Assembly: GCF_964355755.1 (NCBI RefSeq)
Contig: NC_092672.1
Span: 2,294,001 to 2,358,000 of the forward strand
Direction of reading: 5' to 3'
Source: Antedon mediterranea
Taxonomy: Eukaryota; Animalia; Echinodermata
Length of the DNA: 64,000 bases
Made by a program: the position numbers and the translations under genes. This document shows, piece by piece, positions 38,901 through 49,790 of this stretch (its first letter is position 1; every line of letters begins with the position of its first letter). Under the pieces are notes generated by a model. That model did not search any database. It was not told the DNA's origin and worked only from the letters and a program-made list of their open reading frames with translations.

Positions 38901-40467
38901 CCTTAAAGAAGAGTTGGATATTGACACTTCTCGGGCTGGAAAAAAACATCCAGAAGCATATTCAATGTGCAAAAACCCAATGCTACTTCTTTCGATCTGT
39001 ATGCTATGGGAGGATAATCAAAATCTTCCTAGTGATAATACAGCTCTTTTCAAACAACTATTTTGTAGTATTTTAAATCAGTTTAACAAAATAGAAAATT
39101 GTCAAAAGATTACTAAATTTGAAAACATTCCAGCGGAATATGTAAATTCTATGATTTTGTTAGGAAAATGTATGTATGCTAACTTGAAAGTAAATAAACT
39201 TTCAATAACTAAACAAGATTTGACTGATAAACATTCGAACACAAATATAGCTGACCTAGCCCTAAAACTTGGATTTGTTTACGAAGAAGCACCACTTTCA
39301 AAATCTAATTGTGAAAGAATATTCATGCCTCCTCACAAATTGATTGTAGAATCATTGGTGGGATTTTACTTGTCTAAATTGTTTGAAAGTGAAAATATAA
39401 AGGATGACTCAGACTTGAGACAATTACTAATACCATTGGGTTATGATGAATTGGGGGTAATAAAAAAGGAGTATTTCAAAGTTGCTGGACAGTTTGCACT
39501 TGGTTTTCTTGATGCTGCAACTGTTGGTAAATATTTAAAGCAATGGCTCACAAAACATTTCCCATTAAGATTAAGAATGAGTAGAATTCGGAAGTTTTTT
39601 TTCGGCATTAAGATTACAGACAAGGAAAGATTTATTGCGAACATTTTAGACATTCAACCTGCACCTTATGCACCTTATGGTGTTAGGATTCAGAATCTAT
39701 CAGGTGACGTCATCAATCACTTGGGTACAGAATGTTCTCTCAAACAAGTTCAATTAGCATTAAGTCATCTCTATATCTCTAGTAATAACCTTCACAACCT
39801 TGATGTTAATTCATTGTCTTCATTACTCATTATGTGTCCTAAGCTGTGGAAGCTTGACATGATTGATTGCAATCTATCAGGTGAAGTAATTAATTACTTT
39901 CTTACAGAATGTTCTCTCAAACAAGTTCAATTAGCATCTCTCGATATCTCTTTTAATAACCTTCACAACATTGATGTTAATTCATTGTCTTCATTTCTCA
40001 TTATGTGTCCTAAGCTGGAGTACCTTGACATGAGGGATTGCAATCTATCAGGTGACGTCATCAATCACTTGGGTACAGAATGTTTTCTCAAACAAGTTCA
40101 ATTAGCATTACGTCATCTCAATATCTCTGGTAATAACCTTCACAACCTTCATGTTAATTCAATGTCTTCATTACTCATTATGTGTCCTAAGCTGACGTGG
40201 CTTGACATGAGTGATTGCAATCTATCAGCTGACGTCATCAATCACTTGGGTACAGAATGTTCTCTCAAACAAGTTCAATTAGCATTACCTGGTCTCAGTA
40301 TCTCTTATAATAACCTTCACAACATTGATGTTAATTCATTGTCTTCATTACTCATTATGTGTCCTAAGCTGAGGTGGCTTGACATGATGGATTGCAATCT
40401 ATCAGGTGAAGTAATCAATTACTTGACCGAAGAGTGTTCAAACAGAGGCATCACGTTTTTAAAATAA
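35972..40467 (+). CDS. NLR-1: tandem DED-like + Ser-rich linker + NACHT + LRR (about 982 aa)
   Basis: Exons 35972-35984 (MATP), 36452-36973, 37217-37357 and 38195-40467; all introns phase 1, GT-AG. Walker A GEGGIGKT, Walker B LLLDGLDE, CKNPMLL, PHKLIVE; four 57-59-aa paired-LRR modules. Candidate upstream UTR exon ends at 35779 (GTAAGT). Confidence 0.9.
36452..36973 (+). CDS. NLR-1 effector exon: two death-effector-domain-like units
   Basis: Pattern LRFCLHGYIP..IDRDNVTAMSLFNELYRTGNIT..VRLLLDIA, then SRKQLFQTLREIGQDELKNVI..IWDAVFILDK, fits the DED helical spacing. Assigned by eye. Confidence 0.65.
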
Positions 40468-43453
40468 TTTTACAATCCTATTATACTGTATACAATTTAT
40501 ATATAAATATATATAATCATCACCTTTATAAACTCGCAGAACGTAAGTGTCAATTTGGAAATTCCCGTTAGAATTGCGTCTGTAATCTAAAAATGTCATG
40601 CAATCTATATTAAATTTTTAAACAAATCCGGAATAGATTATTTCCAAATTTATAATTTTGTCTTTTTAAGGAATAATTTCAAAGCAACATTTTATTTTCT
40701 CAAAAGTGTGTTCCTCTCCTCCCCCCCTGCGTCGAATACGCGTACTTCATCCATATTCATCATCTTCTTCCTAGACGCGCGCGTACAATCAAAGAGAGCT
40801 AGCTAGCTCTCTCTGCATATCTCTGCATGCTACATACGTGTGTACAGGATATTATACGTATAAATACTATATAAGTTAGGCAACAATTGTTGCTAAGTGA
40901 TATTATTTTTATTTAATTATAACATGATACTGTATGGTAGGAATTGACAATTTATATTCTGTGTGTTTGTATTGGTATAATTCAGTTTTTATTTTCTACA
41001 CAGCTCAAATGAATTATTTACCGATATTCTTCTTGAGATAATATTTGATTTGTGGTGAATGTGCAATGTATAAAGTCAGCATAACTGCACTGCCAGTCAT
41101 TCATATGTTTTAGTGATGTTGGTTTTACTTAGTTTAACATTTTATCCAGTAGATTTATTTGTTCTGAAGGGTCTTAAGACTACAGACAATTACTTGTCTC
41201 TGTAAAATCCATGTAATGTATGTATTTATATTGCTGAATGAATGCGAATGAACTTGTAGTAGATTTATTTGATAATCTATTTTTAATTTGTCCATGTTTA
41301 GGGAAAAATACATGTTTAATAACCCTTGTGGTATATGGTATTGGCAATTTGATATAATTCATGTCTGATAATAGACGAACATTTTGTACATTTCTTGTTT
41401 GTACAATTCATTTGAATTTGGGCAATTTGTACGATGTATGTATATAATTATATATTTTGATAATGTAATTAATTAATGTAATTATTGTTGATAATATAAA
41501 TATAGACGCTAAGTACTAAATGTGCCAAACTGTGCATGGCAAATTTCATATTGCGTTAACTTTTACTTGATGATGACAAATAAAAGTAATGTTAGTTACG
41601 TTGTGTATCTTTTCTTAGCTTTTGTGTGATGTCTACCGTATTGAAAATAATTCATGTGATTATAAGCAGATCCAAGGACACATGATCTACCCTCGACACG
41701 CTTTTTACCGTCTAAACACGCCTTAAAATGGTCGCAATGAAGTCAATCTAAAACAAAACAGCAATTAGGCTCTGCTCCCATATACATGATACATTCTGGA
41801 TCTGGACCTTTGTGATACAGTGTGTATGCCTACAGTATCTGCGCCTGGTGATATCAGTATAGCTATAGGCCTACAGTATTTATCTGCGGCCTGGTGACAG
41901 TATTTATCACAAATGGGTGCAGGGCCGGCCTAAAAATGGTAAAATGAAGTGCTGAGCTTAACATGATGTCCTAGGCCCTCCCCGCCTCCTACGCCTGATT
42001 TCAATGAATCTAATTAAAGAAATCATTGTCGTATTAACATTACTCTATCACAAATCAAATACGGTCGGTACATATTTTCACAAAACATTATTTTTATTGA
42101 TGTTATATCACGATGCAACATTTGATGACGGGAAATAATTGATGTTTCATATTGAGAGCAAATCGATTTTATAAATGAATAGCTCATTATTACTGTACTG
42201 TTACTGAGATTACCATAAAGAGGCCAACAGCAAAACAATATACATAATTATTAAAGCATTTTGTTTACCCATAGAATTTGAATATTACAAGAATAAAACA
42301 TGATGATTATAATTAAATAATGAATACGATAGTTATGAAGACAAATTTACATGGTGCTATGTTGAAGTTACTGAGCGATGATCAATGACGTATATTTTGT
42401 ACAGCAATGATGATGCAATGGTACTAGATACATTTGATAACAGTGTAAGTTTTATAAACAAATAAAAGGAAAAAATGCAAAAATATATACATTATTATTA
42501 TGTTTGTATTTACAAATTAATAAACAAAAGTATAAACTTATTAAACCTTAAGCCTCCTAAACCAGCAGCTGTGCTATAAATAATTACAAAGGCTGTTTGC
42601 TCATGGAGGTATCAACAAAGCAATACCACCTTCATAATACCATGTTGTAATATAATGTTTACCAAAAAGTGCTAAATATAATATTAGAAAACTCTAAAAG
42701 ATTCAAAATCTATCCACCACCTAATCAAACTGGAAGTTAAAAAAGAAATTTTATTTTTTAATAATTGCACAAATAAAGGAATGCGTTGCACTGAATGTTT
42801 CTTAATGAATAAATTGTATGTAACGCAATAAGTTATCGAACTAAGGCCAATGTGAATAGTGAAGCGTAACGGTGCTTCCTGAACGTTTAGGTTCGAATCT
42901 CCAGTTGCTGTTTTGATTGCTTAACAGTTGCATTTGTTAATGCATCAACCTATAAAGAAAATTTTCTTTAAAACCCAAGAACAGCAATACATACCATTTT
43001 CCGATATTCTTCAGATAATAATATATGATTTGTGGTGAATGTGCAATGTATAAAGTCAGCATAACTGCAATGCCATAGTCATTCATATGTTTTAGTGATA
43101 TTGGTTTTACTTAGTTTAACATTTTATCCAGTAGATTTATTTGTTCTGAAGGGTCTTACGACTACAGACAATTACTTGTCTCTGTAAAATCCCTGTAATG
43201 TAAGTATTTATATTGCTGAATGAATGCGAATGAACTTGTAGTAGATTTATTTGATAATCTATTTTAAATTTGTCCATGTTTTTGAAAAAATACATGTTTA
43301 ATAACCCAGGTGGTATGACAATGGTAATTTGGTATAATTCATGTCTGATAATAGACGAACATTTTTTTATATTTCTTGTTTGTACAATTCATTTGAATGT
43401 GGGAAACAGCAATACATACCAATCTCAAAATATGATGGCCAAAAAGAAAGGCA

Positions 43454-43503
<50 letters not shown>

Positions 43504-45650
43504 TAATAACAATAATAATAATAATATTAATAATAATAATAAGCTTTATTTAATCACGGATACTTAACTCAACTGAAAGTTGTTTTTCAGTAAGACCGTG
43601 TTTAAAGGAAAACACAAAAAAAAAGTAAATGTAAAAAGACCTTAATTACTATCAAAACAGGTAATAAAACAATTACAATGAAATAAAATGAAACAAGGAT
43701 ACACTTACTAACTATAAAATTAAATAATACACTACATTTAAATAAAGCTACATGAAATTAGCAGTTAACAGTTTCTTAAAAAGAGAGACAGAGTTCACAT
43801 TTTTAATATCTTCATGTAATATGGAAGTTCAATGAAGATTAGTTCAAAAATGAATTGATATATCTTCGTTTACCTTTTTTTAAAAATCTGTTTCATTTTT
43901 AATTTACAAAAAAAGGTATTATATGCATTCACATATGAATGGTTCAGTAGAATTTGTTTAAATCCTGTTCATTATTATTTGCGTACATTGCAGTGCGAAC
44001 CAACATTTTAACTGGATTAAGAAATGTGCAAGAGTGTCATCTACTACTGTAACTGAATGATATTGCAGATGTCAAGACATTATAGTATTATGTTCAAATG
44101 ATTCCGTGTATTTTTCTGTGTAATAATTACTGTACTGTTAAATCAAGAATTCCGTATAGTGTTTCATAAGGAAGTGCTAAACAAGATGTTATAATCACAC
44201 GTGATATGAATACTGTTGACCTAATGGAGGGGTGCAGAAGCGCAGCTGCTACGAAATCGTCAACGATTAACTATATCCAGTTTTAAACCAATAATAAATA
44301 CAAAATATGTATGTAGACATTTTATTTAATATAAACATCAATCCGGTATCTGAAATTAAGTAATTTCAAAAAATGCATGTATAGCTGGCTTCTGGCTAAT
44401 ACTTTTATATCAATTTAAAAAAAATGTGGGTTGGCAATTTTGTTCCTGTTCATCGAGGAATAGGTATGTAGGCCGCCGCCTAAACATAAAACGGAAAAGA
44501 GCCAGCATTATCTATGCAAAAATAAAACACAATACTACTAATATTACTCTTTCCAAATGTCAGTAATGCCTTTCATCATTTAACTTCGGCTAACAACAAT
44601 TTTAATTTTCTGCATACTTTTTTTTCTCTTCTGACTTATTGTTGTCAACATAAGTTTATATTATAAGTAAATAAAATAATTTTTCAATGAAATTCATCAA
44701 TGATTTAAGATACTAAATTTGCAGGGTGAAAATGTAAGCGTACTGTGCCTAAATCAAATGAAAGTTCCCAAATTTACCAAACCCACATATCGGCGTGCAC
44801 AGACTGGGAATTAGGCTTACAAGTATAAGTGATTACACATCACGCCCTCATCGTAAATGTTAAATTTACACGTCACATACAGTGTTGCTATTCAGTGCAT
44901 TGCCATATTGACCATACATTTGCCTCATTTACGATTTGAAAATCTGCTCATGATTTTTTGAATGATTGAACACGTCAACTTTGACAATATTTAACGTTCG
45001 TTTCCAGAAGAATGCGCTTGGAGCAAAATTACATCCGAATACTACGGTGACTGATTTCCATCAAAAAAAATGTATAGTAATACGGCGTTATAACGCCTTA
45101 AATACGGCGTTATAACGCCCTAAATATGGCGTTATAACACCCTAAATACGGCGTTATAACGCCCTAATACGGCGTTATAACGCCCTAAATACGGCGTTAT
45201 AACGCCCTAAATATACAATCTGTTCACACGTACATGCGCATGCGTAGTACATCAACAAACCTCTCGGCGCATTCACAGATTTTAGAAAGTCACATGGTAC
45301 ATTACTGGCCATCTTTGTGTCCAACTATGCCTATGTAGTGTATGGAGTCAAGTTATGTGCTTAAAAAATGTATAACATTCACAAGGTTTTAAATATCTAA
45401 TTTAATATCAAAACAATCAATTTGTTTAAAGGTTTTTGTTAAGATAACGCAATCATAAATTTACTGCGAAGATGATTAAACAACAAAATGTAAAAACAAT
45501 GCATTACAATAGAGAATCGCTGTACAAAATAAACGCGAACGCGTAGAGAGAGTGTATGGAGCGCACAGCCAGAGCTGTTAAATTAAATGGATTAAAGTTA
45601 TTTTTTGTTTAAAATCATCAAAATAATATTATTATTTTAACAAACCTTTA
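37160..45650 (+). repeat. Segmental duplication copy 1 (pairs with 50780-60879)
   Basis: Collinear near-identity from TCACTACGTAACAATTATTG through the linker exon, NACHT-LRR exon and 3' flank to AACAAACCTTTA. Confidence 0.93.
43455..43541. repeat. (AAT)n microsatellite
   Basis: Long AAT run; shorter counterpart at 58801-58840. Confidence 0.95.
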
Positions 45651-45813
45651 AACAAATTGATTCAATCCATTCAAAGTCGCAACTCTTTATGGCTCTGGGT
45701 TTGTTGATGTACTACGCATGCGCATGTACGTGTGAACGGATTGTATAATTAGGGCGTTATAACGCCGTATTATTATAAAATAATTTTTTCTTTGGTGGAA
45801 ATCAGCCACGGTA
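45043..45813. mobile_element. Foldback-like non-autonomous DNA transposon with 6-bp TSD (duplicate copy from about 60333, interrupted at 60879)
   Basis: Termini TACGGTGACTGATTTCCA / TGGAAATCAGCCACGGTA flanked by GAATAC on both sides. Inner inverted repeat 45216-45260 / 45698-45743. Tandem 22-bp AAATACGGCGTTATAACGCCCT units. Confidence 0.75.
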
Positions 45814-48739
45814 GAATACCCACCTAATTCAAAAAATACAATGATTATTTTTGGTGATCTTTTTCCAGAGCCTCTGAGCACTTTAAAGTTTGGATACAGA
45901 TGATGTAAGAGTTGATGGACGTATCTAAAAACTGAATTGTATCTAATCCACACCTTAATTATATAAACAATGGATCTGATTGATCAAATTTTAGCACTTG
46001 ATTATTTTTGTTAACTAGTATAATATTTCAATAGTAAAATTTGATTATTTAAGATGACACCTACATCATTTAATTTTTATGATTTTTTAAAAGCATTATT
46101 CTTTTAAAATACAACTCAATTACAGTGAATTTTACAGAGCAACGAACGAACGTTAACCTTAAAAATGCCCTGATCTCGGTAAATGGCCACTAACATTTTA
46201 CAGAGCAACGTGAACGTTAACCTTAAAAATGCCCTGATCTCGGTATATGGCGACTAAATTTTTTTACAAATGTTTTCCTCTTGGCTGGATAACTTAGCAT
46301 AGGCTTAAAGTTTTATGTATTATATAGGCCTATAGGTTTCCTTCCACACCTACTTTGTTTTTATTAATTGTTATCGTACGTGTTTATATAATTATTATTT
46401 TATGTATTTTTAATATAATGTGTGGAGAATATTTACTGAATATTTATTGAATATTGAATAAACGAATTGAATTGAATGTGTAGGTTCAAGTCTCAATTAA
46501 ATTGGGTTGACCTAAAAAATACACACACAAATATATACACTATATACACTATATACACTATATACACTCAATGAGATGATAGGATATCATAGCAAACAAA
46601 TGCAGAATGGAATAATTACAGATTTCGAAAATTATCAAAGAATTCTTAAATTATTATCATCCTAAGCAGAAGCCCTTTCCACGCATCAATGAAGATTAGT
46701 TTTTCAATTCAATTCACATGTATTTAGTCATTATTATTATTATTATTATTATTAAATAAATATTATTATTTTTAATTACAATTTCAGTAGCCTATATAAT
46801 TGATGGCAAGGGTCCTTCATAAAGAAGTTAACAATTCTGTTTTTGCAGGACACTTTTACATAAAAAGACCAAACAGGGTAATCTTCACATAATAGTAGGC
46901 CTACATTTAATATAAACGCGAAGCGGACGAACAATAGTCAATAGATTCAAATAAATATTACCTTGAATTCGTGCGTAATAGAATACCAAGTTCGGTATAA
47001 CAACTTCCAACAAATACTTATATCGCTAAGTCAATTGTCTTCCTGTTTATGAAATATATGGTGTTTTGGAATTGTATTGTTTTCAATTAACTATGTACCA
47101 GAAAATTATTACTAGAAAAATTGTTTATAGGCCTACCTTTTGTAGATAAGAAATTACACTTAGCCGAAAGTGAACAAGAGATCAAGGTTCAATAACATTT
47201 TCTGTGTAATAGACCTAATTCTAACATGTATGATAGTGAAGCGTAATGGTGCTTTCTCAACGTTTAAGTTCGAATCTCTGCAGTTGCTGTTTGATGGCCT
47301 GAACAATTGCATTTTTTAATGAGTCAAACTAAAGTGAAACGTTCTTTAAAACCAAAGAAACAATAATACATTATTACCAAAAGGTTAGTCTAGGTTCTAG
47401 ACTGAACTTATTAAAAAAATAAATATTTTGGTATATATGGCGTTTCATACGTAAAATACATAGGCTTGTATTTTCAGACAAAAATAAGGCAAGAGACAAA
47501 CATAAAAAAGACAATAAATACAGACTTGGGACAAGTCTACCAAAACGTACTTATCTCATTATACGATGGCCAAAAAGAAGGGCAGAATGGAATTAATTAC
47601 AGAATTTCAATGAAGATTAGTTCGTTTGATTCAAAGTAGCCTACAGGTCATTAAATATTACGAAAATCAAACAAGTATAGAATCCGACAACAGCAATGTT
47701 AACTTGGAATCATGCCAAGCCGTACATCAAATTACTCCGCTTCCCTAATACTTCTTAGTTTCATTTCATGAAAGGTTTTTAAATTGTTTTAAGATTGTAT
47801 GTTTCTCTTTCTTTAATTAATAATGTTGCCAGCAATAGCCAAAAATGTAATACAAGCATTGAAACATATTAATGATTCAATAGAATTTGTTTAAATATTA
47901 TTACATCTCTAAGTTGGATCACGACCACATTGACGTGCAGTTCCACGGACTTGTTTGAGAAATTCAACGTAGAATAGTAGAATTATTCATTTACTACTAC
48001 ATTATACTGATATATAGAAATGATAACAATTAGTTCAAAGGATTCTGTATATTAGTTCTAAGAATAATTTCTGTGAAATTTTTATGGAATATGATAGACT
48101 TCCGTGATCGTGTAGACATTGTGCAATAAGGAAGTGCGAGACGGTCATGTTATAAGCACAGATGAATAATGTTGATCTCAAACGGGAGTGGTGCAGTAGC
48201 TGCTGCGACATCGTCAACAATTCCCGACATTAAATATACAATCCAGTTTTAAGCCAATAATTATGTAAGTAGACATTTTTTTAATAATATAAACATCAAT
48301 CCGGCGACAGCAATCCCAAAACTATTTATTGTAGCGGGCCTCTGACTAGCTATTTAATTTTAAGAAACTGAGTGTGATATGGCCTGTTCCTCAGTTCCCC
48401 GTACTTGTATGCAATGACATGTAATCATAAGAAAGAGCCAGAATTGTCACTCTAGGCCTACTAAAACAAGACACTAAATAATTAATGTTTCAAATTATAT
48501 AGTAATGAATTTCATGATTAAAGTTTAGCTAACAATGAATTTTCGGGTTTCTTTCTCTTTTGCTACTTAATTACATTCTTGTTAACATAAGTTTACAATC
48601 AAAAATTAAATAATAAAATTATTAAATGAAATTCATCACGAGCTGAGATAATACATTAGCTGGGTGTATAAATGTAGAGGTCTAAATCAAATGAGAATTC
48701 CCATTTTTACAAACAACATATCGAAATAAAATTCTCATC

Positions 48740-49559
48740 GGCCCTGTTTCTGCTGCCAACTAAATACCGTATATTATACGGTATTTTTTGAATACCGTAT
48801 ATATACGGTATATTTTTGGCAGCAGAAACTGCGCTCATAAAAAATATACCGTATTTTGTATACCGTATTTTCCCCACAAAATTTGTGGATAAAATACGGT
48901 ATTTACAAATTTATACCGTATTTTTTGTACCCGTTTCTGCTGCCAATAAAAAATACCGTATTTTTTTTTACATGACAAAAGGTCACCATTCGTGTTTTTA
49001 TTTTCTGTCGCTGTTAGCTGCTTTACACACATGTATAGATATATTCGGCGAAAATGTGGAGCGAATACGTCACAGTTTTACTAAATATATGTGTGTGGGG
49101 AAGCTAAAATGTCTGACCAACTAAAAGGTAATAAAAGGGACAACCACATTTATAAAGACATTTCTAAAAAAATAAAGCAGGAGTATGGAATAAACTTGTC
49201 TCCAAAGCAAGTAAACTCAAAGCTGAAGAGCCTGCGAAAGCAGTACAACATTGCAAAATACAATAACTCGGGGAGGGAACGAATTAATTGTCCCCATTAC
49301 GATGTTTTCTGTGCTCTCAACATCTCTATCACTAGGGCTAGGCTGTTGAAAGTGAGACGTAAAACTTCCTTTATTGCGACTTTTAATTATCGATCAAATA
49401 AATGAATGGCAATTTGGGTAAAAAAGATGAAATTTAACACGACCACCCAAGAAGTATTGTTAGCAGAAACGGGGTACTAAAAAATAAGGTATAAAAAATA
49501 CCGTATTTTATACCGTATTTTTATACCGTATTTTGAGCAGTTGCAGCAGAAACAGGCCC
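48740..49559. mobile_element. Non-autonomous PIF/Harbinger-like element with a Myb/SANT-like ORF remnant
   Basis: TIR GGCCCTGTTTCTGCTGCCAAC / GTTGCAGCAGAAACAGGCCC; many subterminal ATACCGTAT repeats; no TSD seen. Confidence 0.75.
49109..49405 (+). pseudogene. Myb/SANT-like (trihelix) DNA-binding domain fragment of a Harbinger-type accessory ORF
   Basis: LKGNKRDNHIYKDISKKIKQEYGINLSPKQVNSKLKSLRKQYNIAKYNNSGRERINCPHYD fits the Myb_DNA-bind_4 pattern (QC..K.K.L...Y...SG..R..C..Y); the first helix is missing. Confidence 0.7.
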
Positions 49560-49790
49560 ACTGTGACAGTCTTAACACCGAGGTATAAAAATAGATGGTG
49601 CAAAGAAACAATATCTAACACTACACTACACTATTTTTTTTTAATACTGTAATATGAGTGGATATATTGACGGCACTCGTGACACAGTCTTAGTTACTAC
49701 CTAAAAGTCGGTAGGAATATTTTAAGTCAAAAGTCTCACCATAAGTGGCACGTTTTATAATCAATTCGTTTTCATCAGACAATCCACATA

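Noticed and set aside
46128-46258. Tandem duplication of about 65 bp; also 22-bp repeats at 24300-24395 and mixed repeats at 17057-17195
   Set aside because: Ordinary local slippage repeats with no sign of function.
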